This document shows positions 18,221 to 27,445 of a stretch of 64,000 nt of DNA, piece by piece. The position numbers were made by a program, and so were the translations under genes. Below the pieces are notes generated by a model. It made no database searches, had not been told where the DNA came from, and saw only the letters and a list, made by a program, of their open reading frames with translations. Each line of letters begins with the position of its first letter. Within the stretch, counting starts at the first letter, position 1. This DNA comes from an uncultured Nitriliruptoraceae bacterium (GTDB taxonomy: Bacteria > Actinomycetota > Nitriliruptoria > Nitriliruptorales > Nitriliruptoraceae), in assembly GCA_913060655.1 (NCBI GenBank), contig CAJXTG010000006.1:340-64339 (forward strand), written 5' to 3'.

Positions 18221-19312
18221 GTGGCGGTGACCGGCGAGGATGCGGAACCCGCCGACGGCGGCGAGCGGGTCGTCTCACGACGGTCGGTCGTCGCGGGGGC
18301 GGGCGTGTTCGCCTTCGGTGTGGGGAGCGGGGCACTGCTCGGCCGTCGGGGCTCCTCCGTCGCCGCCGACCCCGGCGGCTACGACGCGTCGGACGGCGGG
18401 CATGCGGGGCACGGTGGCAGCGCGGCCGCGGCCGCGCCGCCCGTCGCGCATGCCGGTCCGGTCTCGATGGGCTACGGCCACGGGATCGCACCGCCGGACA
18501 CGTTCACCCGCCAGGACGCGGTCGCACTCGCGACGCCGCCGACGGTCGACGTCGGCCGGCGCCGGACCCGGCGCTACGACCTCACCGTCACGCAGGATGC
18601 CGTGGAGGTCGCGGCCGGCGTCACCGTCCACGCGTGGCGCTACGGCGGCCGCGTCCCCGGGCCGGTGCTGCGGGCGACCGAGGGGGACCGGATGGTCGTC
18701 ACGATGGCCAACCGGACCGAGCACTCCCACAACGTGCATCTCCATGGGCGGCACGACCCGGCGATGGACGGCATCGAGCCGATCGGACCCGGCGACACGT
18801 TCACCTACGACGTCATCGCCGAACCGTTCGGTCTCCACCCGTACCACTGCCACACGATGCCGCTGTCCGAACATCTCGGCCGCGGGCTGTACGGCGCGTT
18901 CATCGTCGACCCACCGGGTGGTCGTCCGCCGGCGCACGAGTTCGTGCTCGTGCTGAGCGGCTGGGACCTCGACGGTGACGGCACGGACGAACTGGTGACG
19001 TGGAACGGCATCGCGGGCGCGTACGAGCGCCACCCGCTGACCGTTCCGGTCGGGGAGCGGGTGCGCCTGTACGTCGTGAACATGCTGGAGAACGAGCCGG
19101 TCGCCTCGTTCCATCTCCACGCACAGACGTTCGACGTGTTCCGAAGTGGGACGCGGCTCCGACCGGACGAGCACACCGACATCGTCGGGCTCACCCAGGC
19201 CGAGCGGGTGGTGGTGGAGTTCACCCTGCCGGTGCGCGGCCGCTACATGTTCCATCCCCATCAGACCCGGCTCGCGGAGAAGGGCTCGATGGGCTGGATC
19301 GCCGCGGTCTGA
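18221..19312 (+). CDS. Tat-exported two-domain multicopper oxidase (NirK-like fold)
   Basis: GTG 18221 lies 2 nt after the previous stop, and the twin-arginine signal is SRRSVVAGAGVFAF. Copper motifs HSHNVHLHG and HCHTMPLSEH sit in domain 1, with FHLH and FHPH in domain 2. Confidence 0.88.
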   Translation: MAVTGEDAEPADGGERVVSRRSVVAGAGVFAFGVGSGALLGRRGSSVAADPGGYDASDGGHAGHGGSAAAAAPPVAHAGPVSMGYGHGIAPPDTFTRQDAVALATPPTVDVGRRRTRRYDLTVTQDAVEVAAGVTVHAWRYGGRVPGPVLRATEGDRMVVTMANRTEHSHNVHLHGRHDPAMDGIEPIGPGDTFTYDVIAEPFGLHPYHCHTMPLSEHLGRGLYGAFIVDPPGGRPPAHEFVLVLSGWDLDGDGTDELVTWNGIAGAYERHPLTVPVGERVRLYVVNMLENEPVASFHLHAQTFDVFRSGTRLRPDEHTDIVGLTQAERVVVEFTLPVRGRYMFHPHQTRLAEKGSMGWIAAV

Positions 19313-19326
19313 GCAGGGGACGGCGG

Positions 19327-19397
19327 AGCGGGTGAGGGGAATCGAACCCCCGTTCCGAGCTTGGGAAGCTCGTGTTCTACCATTGAACTACACCCGC
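19327..19397 (-). tRNA. tRNA-Gly (anticodon CCC)
   Basis: A hand-folded 71-nt cloverleaf fits: acceptor gcgggtg/cacccgc, D-stem gttc/gaac, anticodon stem cgagc/gctcg with loop ttCCCaa, T-loop ttcgatt, and discriminator U. No CCA is encoded. Confidence 0.9.
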
Positions 19398-19453
19398 GAG
19401 CCGTGGCAGGATACTGGGAGCCGGCCTCGGGGCGCCAACGGGAGACTCGCCGC

Positions 19454-20038
19454 GTGATCCTGTCCGACCGCACGATCCGCGACGCGCTCGCCGCCGGGCG
19501 CATCGGCATCGACCCGCTCGACGAGGACGCGGTCCAGCCCTCCAGCCTCGACGTGCGGCTCGCCTCCACGTTCCGCGTGTTCGCCAACCACCGGCATCTC
19601 GCGATCGACCCGCACCAGGTGCAGCCGGACCTCACCGACGTCGTCGACAAGCCGGACGACGAGCCGTTCGTCCTCCACCCCGGTGAGTTCGTCCTCGGCG
19701 CGACGCTGGAGCGCATCACCCTGCCCGACGACGTCGTCGCCCGGCTCGAGGGGAAGAGCTCGCTCGCCCGGCTCGGTCTCGTCGTCCACTCGACCGCCGG
19801 GTTCATCGACGCGGGCTTCGACGGTGACGTCACCCTGGAGCTCTCGAACGTCGCGACGCTGCCGATCCTGCTGCACCCGGGGATGCGGGTCGCGCAGCTC
19901 GCCTTCTTCCAGCTCGACGGCCCGGCCGAGCACCCCTACGGGTCGCGCAAGGTCGGCTCGAAGTACCAGGGGCAGCGTGGGCCGACCGCGTCGCGCTACC
20001 ACCTCAACCTGGTGCCGCCGCCCGACGAGGCCGGCTGA
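19454..20038 (+). CDS. dcd: dCTP deaminase
   Basis: Motifs seen are [34 protein letters not shown] and VTLELSN. The start is set to GTG 19454 after GGGAGA so that it does not overlap tRNA-Gly. Confidence 0.93.
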   Translation: MILSDRTIRDALAAGRIGIDPLDEDAVQPSSLDVRLASTFRVFANHRHLAIDPHQVQPDLTDVVDKPDDEPFVLHPGEFVLGATLERITLPDDVVARLEGKSSLARLGLVVHSTAGFIDAGFDGDVTLELSNVATLPILLHPGMRVAQLAFFQLDGPAEHPYGSRKVGSKYQGQRGPTASRYHLNLVPPPDEAG

Positions 20039-20076
20039 CCGGACCTTCCGGCGCTTCGGCCGCGCCGTCGCGCCGT

Positions 20077-21120
20077 TCAGTCGCGGGCGACGAGCCGCGG
20101 GTCGGCGGCGAACGCGGACCGGTCGGACGTGTCGGCCGTGTAGCGGCTCGCCGGCGGGGTCCGGCCGAGCGCCTCGGCCATCGCCCGCACCAGGTGCGGC
20201 GAGCAGCCGCAGCACAGGCCGAAGTAGCGCACCCCGAGCTCCGCGGCCTGCTCGGTGAACGCGGCGACCTCGAAGCGGGTCGTCAGGTTCGGCTCGAGCG
20301 CCAGCGGGAACGTCTGGTCCCACGGCGGTGCGACGCGGGCGTCGGGATCCGGCAGGTCGAGGTACGTCGGGTGCGCCGGCGTCGTGCGGTACGCGACCGG
20401 CAGCGCCGCGACGGGGGCGGTGACGCGTTCGACGATGCGGCCGAGGGGTTCGAGCATCGTGTCGGGGCCGCGGAAGCAGTTCATGCCGACGACGTCCGCG
20501 CCGGCGTCCTCGAGCCGCGCGCACGCGTCCTCGACGGTGACGTCGTCGAGCAGCCGTCCGCGCGCGGGCAGCGCGAGCGTGACGATCGCGGGGAGGTCGA
20601 GCTCCTTGATGACCTCGAGGGCGAGGAGGGCCTCGCCGGCGAAGTAGAACGTCTCCCCGATGATGACGTCGGCGCCCTCCTCCGCGGCCCAGCCGGCCTG
20701 CTCGGCGAACATCGCCCGCACCCGGGCGGCGGCGTCGGCGTCGTCGGGCCGGTACTGGTTGGTGTTCGCGACGTTGCCGGCGACGAGCGGCCGGTCGTCG
20801 AACTCGGACGCGACGTCGGCGACCAGCCGCATCGCCTGCCGGTTGAGCGGCTCGAGCAGGTCCTCCTTGCCGATCTCCCGCAGCTTCTCCCGGTGCCCGT
20901 AGTAGGTGAACGCCTCGAGGATGTCGGAGCCGGCGCGGGCGTACTCCCGGTGCACCTGCGCGAGCGCCTCGGGATGCTCGAGCACGACCTCGGGCACGAA
21001 CGCGCCGGCCTTCAGGTAGCCGCGCCGCTCGAGCTCCAGCAGGTAGCCCTCGGCGCACAGGACGGGCCCGTCGGCGAGGCGGGACCGCAGGTCGCGGGGT
21101 CGGTCCGTCGGGTCGGGCAT
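20077..21120 (-). CDS. betaine--homocysteine S-methyltransferase-like (homocysteine S-methyltransferase family)
   Basis: LCAEGYLLELERRGYLKAGAFVPEVVLEHPEALAQVHREYARAGSD resembles BHMT. The Zn-ligand cysteines are GMNC and GLCCGC. The start is set to ATG 21120, because the longer ORF overlaps the Fe-S gene. Confidence 0.88.
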   Translation of the reverse strand: MPDPTDRPRDLRSRLADGPVLCAEGYLLELERRGYLKAGAFVPEVVLEHPEALAQVHREYARAGSDILEAFTYYGHREKLREIGKEDLLEPLNRQAMRLVADVASEFDDRPLVAGNVANTNQYRPDDADAAARVRAMFAEQAGWAAEEGADVIIGETFYFAGEALLALEVIKELDLPAIVTLALPARGRLLDDVTVEDACARLEDAGADVVGMNCFRGPDTMLEPLGRIVERVTAPVAALPVAYRTTPAHPTYLDLPDPDARVAPPWDQTFPLALEPNLTTRFEVAAFTEQAAELGVRYFGLCCGCSPHLVRAMAEALGRTPPASRYTADTSDRSAFAADPRLVARD

Positions 21121-21155
21121 CGGCGGGCCTCCTCGGCCGTCGGCCGGCGGACGCG

Positions 21156-23357
21156 TCAGGCGTCCACCTCGGCGGTCCCCGGAGCGGGGGCGGCACCGGC
21201 GACACCCTGTGCGACGAGGGGCAGCATCCGGCCGCGCTCCAGCACCTCGGAGATGTCGAGCACCTCGACCTTGCCCTCCGCGAGCGACCCCTCCTGGACC
21301 TTCTGGGCGACGGCGTCGCTGAGCATCGTCGTGCAGAACGGGCAGGCGGTCGAGATCAGGTCCGGGTCGAGCGACAGCGCCTCGTCGACCCGCTCGACGT
21401 TGACCCGCTTGCCGATCGACTCCTCCATCCACATGCGGGCGCCACCCGCGCCGCAGCAGAAGCCGTTGGAGCGGCAGCGGTGCATCTCCGTCGGCTCGAT
21501 GCCGGGCACCGCGTCGACGACCTGCCGGGGGGCGGAGTAGACCTCGTTGTGCCGGCCGAGGTAGCACGGGTCGTGGTAGGTGACCTTCGCGTCGACCGGC
21601 GTGGTGGCCTCCAGCCGGCCGTCGGCGATCAGCTGGGCGAGCACCTCCGAGTGGTGCAGCACCGTGTAGTGCCCGTCGAAGTCGGGGTACTCGTTGCGGA
21701 TGGTGTTGAAGCAGTGCGGGCACCAGGCGACGATCTTGCGCTTGTCCGCACCGACGGCGTTCAGCGTCTCGACGTTCTGCTTCGCCATCGCCTGGAACAG
21801 GTACTCCATGCCGAGGCGGCGGGCCGGGTCGCCCGTGCACGTCTCGCCCGAGCCGAGGATCGCGAACTTCACGCCGGCCTCATGCAGCAGCCGGGCGGTC
21901 GACTGCGTGATCTTCTTCGACCGGTCGTCGACCGCGCCGGCGCAGCCGACCCAGAACAGGTACTCGACGTCGTCGGCGAGCGGCTCGCCCGGCCGGGCGA
22001 CGGGGATGTCGAAGTCGAGCGGCTGCGTCCACTCCTCGCGCTTCGCCTGCCCCACGCCCCACGGGTCGCCGGAGTTCTCGAGGTTGCGCAGCATCGCGCC
22101 GGCCTCCGGCGGGAAGCTCGACTCCATCATCGCCTTGTACCGGCGCAGGTCGACGATCGTGTCGACGTGCTGGATGTCGACGGGGCACTCCTCGACGCAC
22201 GCGCCGCACGTCGTGCACGACCACAGCACGTCGTAGTCGATGACCGCGTCCTCCTGGCCCGGCTGGTCACCGACGAGCATCATGCCGAGGATGTCGACGC
22301 CGTCCTCCGGGCCGCGCTGCCCGGTCAGGTACGGCCCCTTCGCGAACATGTGGTCGCGCAGGTCCATGATGAGCATCTTCGGCGAGAGCGGCTTGCCCGT
22401 CGTCCATGCCGGGCACTGCGACTGGCAGCGGCCGCACTCGGTGCACGTCTGCAGGTCGAGGAACCGGTCGAACGTGAGATGCTCGATCTGCCCGGCGCCG
22501 AGGACGGTGTCCTCGTCCATCGCCTCGAGGTCGATGTGCTCCGTCTGCAGCTTCCCCAGCGCCTTCTCGCGGTCCGGGTCGCGGCTGAGCTCCTGGAACG
22601 CGATCGTGAGGATGTGCAGGTGCTTCGAGTGGAGGGTGAAGACGAGGAACGCGCCGACGATGGCGAGGTGGACGACGAGGTTGACCGCGCCGATCCACTC
22701 GAGCGTCAGCGGGTCGATGCCCTCCAGCGCCCGGCCGAACAGGTTCGAGACGAACGCGGCCTCCGTCGGCGCGTAGCCCTTCGCGAAGCGGGCGCCGTGC
22801 GCGACCCACAGGGTCCACACCACGAGCACCTCGGCGCCGAGCACCCACCAGCCCTGGTCGAGGTTCGACCCGGCGAAGCGGGAGTCGCGGCCGCGGCGGT
22901 TCGGGTCCTGCGCGAAGCGGATGCCGGCGAAGATCGCGATGCCCGTGAGCGACAGCAGCCCGAACGTGTCCTGCAGGAACCCGAGCACGTCGTAGGCGGT
23001 GACGCCGCCGACGGCGATCGACCCGAGCAGCGGCAGCTGGAACGACGGGCCGACGTACAGCTCACCGACGGCCTCGAGCAGCGTCGTCTGCAGCACGAAG
23101 AACGCCCACATGACCCAGAAGTGGGCGACGCCCGGCAGCGTCCACTTCAGCAGCCGGCGGTTGCCGAGGATGTTGACGAGCGAGCGGCGCAGCGTGCGGC
23201 GCAGGTTCGCCAGCAGGGAGCGGGCCGGGTTCGGCCGTGCCGCGCGGGTCAGGGCGATCAGGTAGCGGATGCGCCGCAGCGCCCAGCCACCGAAGAACGC
23301 GAGCGTCGCCGTGCCGGCGACGACCCGGAACAGCGTCAGTGCGAACTGCTCGTCCAT
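21156..23357 (-). CDS. membrane-anchored (Fe-S)-binding oxidoreductase, HdrD/GlpC-like with two CCG domains
   Basis: The N-terminus is polytopic membrane. Two ferredoxin motifs ([12 protein letters not shown] and [12 protein letters not shown]) and two CCG-type motifs (CPHCFNT and FCCGAGG) follow, in a 733-aa product. Confidence 0.9.
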   Translation of the reverse strand: MDEQFALTLFRVVAGTATLAFFGGWALRRIRYLIALTRAARPNPARSLLANLRRTLRRSLVNILGNRRLLKWTLPGVAHFWVMWAFFVLQTTLLEAVGELYVGPSFQLPLLGSIAVGGVTAYDVLGFLQDTFGLLSLTGIAIFAGIRFAQDPNRRGRDSRFAGSNLDQGWWVLGAEVLVVWTLWVAHGARFAKGYAPTEAAFVSNLFGRALEGIDPLTLEWIGAVNLVVHLAIVGAFLVFTLHSKHLHILTIAFQELSRDPDREKALGKLQTEHIDLEAMDEDTVLGAGQIEHLTFDRFLDLQTCTECGRCQSQCPAWTTGKPLSPKMLIMDLRDHMFAKGPYLTGQRGPEDGVDILGMMLVGDQPGQEDAVIDYDVLWSCTTCGACVEECPVDIQHVDTIVDLRRYKAMMESSFPPEAGAMLRNLENSGDPWGVGQAKREEWTQPLDFDIPVARPGEPLADDVEYLFWVGCAGAVDDRSKKITQSTARLLHEAGVKFAILGSGETCTGDPARRLGMEYLFQAMAKQNVETLNAVGADKRKIVAWCPHCFNTIRNEYPDFDGHYTVLHHSEVLAQLIADGRLEATTPVDAKVTYHDPCYLGRHNEVYSAPRQVVDAVPGIEPTEMHRCRSNGFCCGAGGARMWMEESIGKRVNVERVDEALSLDPDLISTACPFCTTMLSDAVAQKVQEGSLAEGKVEVLDISEVLERGRMLPLVAQGVAGAAPAPGTAEVDA

Positions 23358-23456
23358 CCCTGCCCCCGTTCGTCCGGCCGGAGTCTACGGGCGACCCGTA
23401 GGCTCCTGACGCGTCGTCCCGCCGTCGCGGGCACGGTCCGTCGAGGAGGTCGGAGG

Positions 23457-23939
23457 GTGCCGCACCGCACGCCCCACCGCCGGCGATCCCCCCGCGGGAC
23501 CGTCCTCGGGCCCGTCCGCGGGACCGTGCTGGCCGCCACCGCCCTGCTCGTCGCCGCCTGCGGGGTCGGGACGGGGACGCTGCGCATCGCCGCGGCGGAG
23601 CAGGAGGTCGTCGCCGTCGTCGACGAGCTCGTCGACGCGACCGGGCTGACGACCGACGGCCCCGTCGAGGCGGCGCCGCTCGAGCAGTGCGAGCTGCGCA
23701 GCGGACGGCCCGGGCTGCGCACCCGGGTCGCCGTCCGCGGTGTCCTGCCCGACGGCCCCGACGCCGTCACCGACGCGTTCGACGCCGCCGGCCGTGTGCT
23801 CGTCGCCCGCGACCTCGTCCTCGTCGACTCGGGCGTCGCCGACACCCTCCTCGGCCAGCGCGACGGCATCACCGTCACCGTCGCCAGCATCGGGACGGAG
23901 CTGCAGCTGGACGCGCTGACCGGCTGCCGGCCCCGATGA
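23457..23939 (+). CDS. hypothetical lipoprotein
   Basis: GTG 23457 follows GAGGAGGTCGGAGG, the lipobox is LVAACG, and GC3 is high. The upstream 659 codons of ORF 21480 are antisense to the Fe-S gene. Confidence 0.6.
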   Translation: MPHRTPHRRRSPRGTVLGPVRGTVLAATALLVAACGVGTGTLRIAAAEQEVVAVVDELVDATGLTTDGPVEAAPLEQCELRSGRPGLRTRVAVRGVLPDGPDAVTDAFDAAGRVLVARDLVLVDSGVADTLLGQRDGITVTVASIGTELQLDALTGCRPR

Positions 23940-24568
23940 GCCCGTCGTCCCGTCGGGCACGGCACCGGGTGGTGGTCGTCCTCGCCGTCGCCGCGACGCT
24001 CGTGGGCGGCTGCACGCCGTCCGCCGCGCCGTCCGACACGCCGTCCGACGTGGCGCCGCCCGCACGGTCCGACCGGGGGTCGCTCGCCGCGTTCGCGGCC
24101 ACGAACGGGCTCGACGGGCTCGCCGCCACCACCGTCCGCGTCACCGCCGGCGCCACCGGGACGACCCGGCTGCAGGTCGACGCGCTCGTCGCCGACACGC
24201 GCGCGACGCGGGCGCGCGGGCTCCAGCAGGTCCCCGACGTGCCGGCCGGGGTCGGCATGCTGTTCGTGTTCGACGGTCCCGCCGGGCCGGCGGGACGCCC
24301 CGGGTTCTGGATGCTCGACACGCTCGTGCCGCTCGACATCGTGTTCGCCACCGCCGCCGGGGACGTCGTCGGCACCGCGACGATGCAGCCGTGCACGGCC
24401 CGGCCGTGTCCGACGACCCATCCCGGCGTCCCCTACGACGTCGCCCTCGAGGTCGCTGCGGGCACCCTCGCCACCGCCGGCGTGCGCAGCGGCGACCGGC
24501 TCGTACTTCATGCGGGGCCTCCGGACGGATCCGAGGATGGGCCGATCGGCGGGGCGGACGGCGGTTAG
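23936..24568 (+). CDS. DUF192 domain lipoprotein
   Basis: ATG 23936 overlaps the previous stop (ATGA), and the lipobox is LVGGC. The DUF192 pattern is RARGLQQV...GMLFVF...FWMLDTLVPLDIVF. Confidence 0.8.
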   Translation: MSPSSRRARHRVVVVLAVAATLVGGCTPSAAPSDTPSDVAPPARSDRGSLAAFAATNGLDGLAATTVRVTAGATGTTRLQVDALVADTRATRARGLQQVPDVPAGVGMLFVFDGPAGPAGRPGFWMLDTLVPLDIVFATAAGDVVGTATMQPCTARPCPTTHPGVPYDVALEVAAGTLATAGVRSGDRLVLHAGPPDGSEDGPIGGADGG

Positions 24569-24614
24569 GGTCGGCGGTCCGGACGCCGCGGGGCGCCGGC
24601 GGGAGGAGGCTCGC

Positions 24615-24788
24615 ATGCTGTGGCAGGTGGTCGTCGCCGGGTTCCTCGTCCTGCTGCCGTTCGCGCTCGTCCTGGACCTCCATCCGGGCCGGGAGCGGCT
24701 CGACGCGGCCGGCCGGCCGCTGCGCCGCGGCTGGGACGAGCCGACGCCGGAGGCGGGGGTCGACGGCCGTTCGGGCCGGTCCGGCTGA
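24615..24788 (+). CDS. small membrane protein (hypothetical, 57 aa)
   Basis: A strong RBS GGGAGGAGG lies 5 nt before ATG 24615, and one TM segment is present (VVVAGFLVLLPFALVL). Confidence 0.45.
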   Translation: MLWQVVVAGFLVLLPFALVLDLHPGRERLDAAGRPLRRGWDEPTPEAGVDGRSGRSG

Positions 24789-24936
24789 CCCGGTCGTGCG
24801 CCGTCCGCGGGGCCGCCGCGGGCGGCCCGTGCGCGGTCCGCGAGCCGCCCGTGAGGGTCCCGTGGGGTGCTGGTGGCCCCCTCCTGCGCCGTCCCTGTCC
24901 CTGCCCTGTCCCGGTCGAGAGCCTGCCGTGAGAAGG

Positions 24937-24951
24937 CGCAGGTAACCTGCG
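24937..24951. promoter_or_regulatory. perfect 7-1-7 palindrome upstream of dnaK (candidate operator)
   Basis: CGCAGGT-A-ACCTGCG lies about 120 nt upstream of the dnaK ATG. It does not match the HAIR or CIRCE consensus. Confidence 0.25.
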
Positions 24952-25071
24952 TCGCATCGGCTCATATCTGGCCGGATGCGCTGGATCGTCCGTATCCTCG
25001 CTTCTGAGGCCGTTCCGAGGGGACGGCACCCGTACGACGACCCGGACGCACCGGACCCAGGAGGACCAGGC

Positions 25072-26919
25072 ATGGCGAAGGCTGTCGGTATCGACCTCGG
25101 CACGACCAACTCCGTCGTCTCCGTCATGGAGGGCGGCGAGCCCCAGGTGATCGCGAACGCCGAGGGCGCGCGGACGACCCCGTCGGTCGTCGCGTGGTCC
25201 AAGGGCGGCGAGGTCCTCGTGGGGGAGGTCGCCAAGCGTCAGGCGGTCACCAACCCCGACCGCACCATCCGCTCCGTCAAGCGCCACGTCGGCACCGACT
25301 GGCGCACCGAGCTCGACGGCAAGGAGTACACGCCGCAGGAGATCAGCGCCCGCGTGCTCATGAAGCTCAAGCGGGACGCGGAGGCCTACCTCGGCGAGGA
25401 CGTCACCCAGGCCGTCATCACCGTCCCCGCCTACTTCGACGACGCGCAGCGCCAGGCCACCAAGGAGGCGGGCGAGATCGCCGGCCTCGAGGTCCTCCGC
25501 CTCGTCGCCGAGCCGACCGCGGCCGCGCTCGCCTACGGGCTCGAGAAGTCCGACGAGCAGACCATCCTCGTGTTCGACCTCGGCGGCGGCACGTTCGACG
25601 TGTCCGTCCTCGAGATCGCCGAGGGCGTGTTCGACGTCAAGTCGACCGCCGGCGACTCGCAGCTCGGCGGTGACGACTGGGACGACGCGCTCATCGACTG
25701 GATGGTCACCACGTTCAAGAACGAGCACGGCGTCGACCTGTCCAAGGACCGCATGGCCCTGCAGCGGCTGAAGGAGGCGGCGGAGAAGGCGAAGATCGAG
25801 CTGTCGAGCTCGCAGGAGACGACGGTCAACCTGCCGTTCCTCACCGCGACCGACGCCGGGCCGCTCCACTTCGAGGCGACGCTCAGCCGCGCGAAGTTCA
25901 ACGAGCTGACCGCCCACCTGCTCGAGCGGTGCGAGAGCCCGTTCACCCGCGCCATCAAGGACGCCGGCATCTCCACCGGCGACATCGACCACGTCATCCT
26001 CGTCGGCGGCTCGACCCGCATCCCCGCCGTGCAGGAGCTCGTCGCCCGCCTCACCGGCGGGAAGGAGCCGCACAAGGGGGTCAACCCCGACGAGGTCGTC
26101 GCCGTCGGCGCCGCCCTGCAGGCGGGTGTGCTCAAGGGCGATGTCAAGGACGTCCTGCTCCTCGACGTCACGCCACTCTCCCTCGGCATCGAGACGAAGG
26201 GCGGCATCACGCACAAGCTGATCGAGCGCAACACGACCATCCCGACGCGGCGGTCGGAGGTGTTCACCACCGCCGACGACAACCAGCCGTCCGTCGAGGT
26301 CCACGTGCTCCAGGGTGAGCGCGAGATGGTCGGCGACAACAAGACGCTCGGGAAGTTCATGCTCACCGACCTGCCGCCCGCCCCCCGGGGCGTGCCGCAG
26401 ATCGAGGTCGCCTTCGACATCGACGCGAACGGGATCGTCCACGTGTCCGCGAAGGACCTCGGCACCGGGAAGGAGCAGTCGATGACGATCACCGGCGGCT
26501 CCGCGCTCCCCAAGGACGACATCCAGAAGATGGTCGAGGACGCCGAGCAGTACGCCGAGGAGGACCGTCGACGCCGCGAGGCCGTCGAGGTCCGCAACCA
26601 GGCGGACAACCTCGTCTACCAGACCGAGAAGACCCTGAAGGACCAGGGCGACAAGCTCGACGCCGCGCTGAAGGCGGAGGTCGAGGAGGCCCTGACCGGG
26701 CTGAAGGAGGCCCTGCAGGGAGATGACACCGACGCGGTGCGCAACGGGGTGGAGACCCTCGCCGGGTTCAGCCAGCGCCTCGCGGAGGCCATCTACCAGG
26801 CGTCCGCCGACGAGGGCGACGCCGACGCCACCACGGACACGGCCGAGGCGGCCGACGACGCAGAGGTCGTCGACGCGGAGGTCGTGGACGAGGGTGACGA
26901 CCAGGCCGCGGCGAGCTGA
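25072..26919 (+). CDS. dnaK: molecular chaperone DnaK (Hsp70)
   Basis: Motifs seen are [26 protein letters not shown] and [14 protein letters not shown], with AGGAGG upstream of ATG 25072. Confidence 0.98.
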   Translation: MAKAVGIDLGTTNSVVSVMEGGEPQVIANAEGARTTPSVVAWSKGGEVLVGEVAKRQAVTNPDRTIRSVKRHVGTDWRTELDGKEYTPQEISARVLMKLKRDAEAYLGEDVTQAVITVPAYFDDAQRQATKEAGEIAGLEVLRLVAEPTAAALAYGLEKSDEQTILVFDLGGGTFDVSVLEIAEGVFDVKSTAGDSQLGGDDWDDALIDWMVTTFKNEHGVDLSKDRMALQRLKEAAEKAKIELSSSQETTVNLPFLTATDAGPLHFEATLSRAKFNELTAHLLERCESPFTRAIKDAGISTGDIDHVILVGGSTRIPAVQELVARLTGGKEPHKGVNPDEVVAVGAALQAGVLKGDVKDVLLLDVTPLSLGIETKGGITHKLIERNTTIPTRRSEVFTTADDNQPSVEVHVLQGEREMVGDNKTLGKFMLTDLPPAPRGVPQIEVAFDIDANGIVHVSAKDLGTGKEQSMTITGGSALPKDDIQKMVEDAEQYAEEDRRRREAVEVRNQADNLVYQTEKTLKDQGDKLDAALKAEVEEALTGLKEALQGDDTDAVRNGVETLAGFSQRLAEAIYQASADEGDADATTDTAEAADDAEVVDAEVVDEGDDQAAAS

Positions 26920-26985
26920 CGCGACCCGCGGTGCCCCCATCCACCCCGCTCCCATGAGCGCAGACCACCAGAAGGAGGAACCCCG

Positions 26986-27444
26986 ATGAGCACCATCGCC
27001 AGGTTCGAGCCGTTCAGCGCGGCCTCCCTCCACGACGACGTGGAGCGACTGCTGCGCGAGACCTTCGGACGCGGCCTCGGCCACGCGGACGGCCCTGCCG
27101 TCACCGCGGCCGGCGCGTTCGGCCCGGCCCTCGACGTCGAGGAGTCCGACGACGCCTTCACGATCCACGTGGAGCTCCCCGGCGTCGCGTCGGACGACGT
27201 CGACGTCTCCCTCGAGGAGAACGTCCTCACCATCAGCGGTGAGCGGCGCTTCTACGACGACCGTGAGGCCGACGGCTTCCGGCGCGTCGAGCGCAGCTTC
27301 GGCCGCTTCCACCGCGCGATCCGCCTGCCGGACCGTGTGGACGCCGCCGGCGTGAAGGCGGTCCAGCGCGACGGCGTGCTGACCGTCACCGCGCCGAAGT
27401 CGGAGGAGGCGAAGCCGCGCCGCATCGCCGTCCAGGCGGGCTGA
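26986..27444 (+). CDS. Hsp20/alpha-crystallin family small heat-shock protein
   Basis: The ACD pattern is DVEESDDAFTIHVELPGV...LTISGER...FGRFHRAIRLP...GVLTVTAPK, with RBS GAAGGAGG upstream. Confidence 0.93.
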   Translation: MSTIARFEPFSAASLHDDVERLLRETFGRGLGHADGPAVTAAGAFGPALDVEESDDAFTIHVELPGVASDDVDVSLEENVLTISGERRFYDDREADGFRRVERSFGRFHRAIRLPDRVDAAGVKAVQRDGVLTVTAPKSEEAKPRRIAVQAG

Positions 27445-27445
27445 C

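Noticed and set aside
19361-19453. ORF-track start of dcd at 19361.
   Set aside because: That start would overlap tRNA-Gly on the opposite strand, and the dCTP deaminase homology begins at [13 protein letters not shown] 19454 with an RBS was used instead.
21121-21840. N-terminal extension of the BHMT-like ORF (track start 21840).
   Set aside because: It overlaps the 3' part of the Fe-S oxidoreductase gene in another frame. BHMT homology begins at MPDPTDR (ATG 21120).
24789-25071. HAIR (HspR) or CIRCE (HrcA) operator upstream of dnaK.
   Set aside because: No sequence resembling CTTGAGT-N7-ACTCAAG or TTAGCACTC-N9-GAGTGCTAA is visible. Only an unrelated palindrome is reported.
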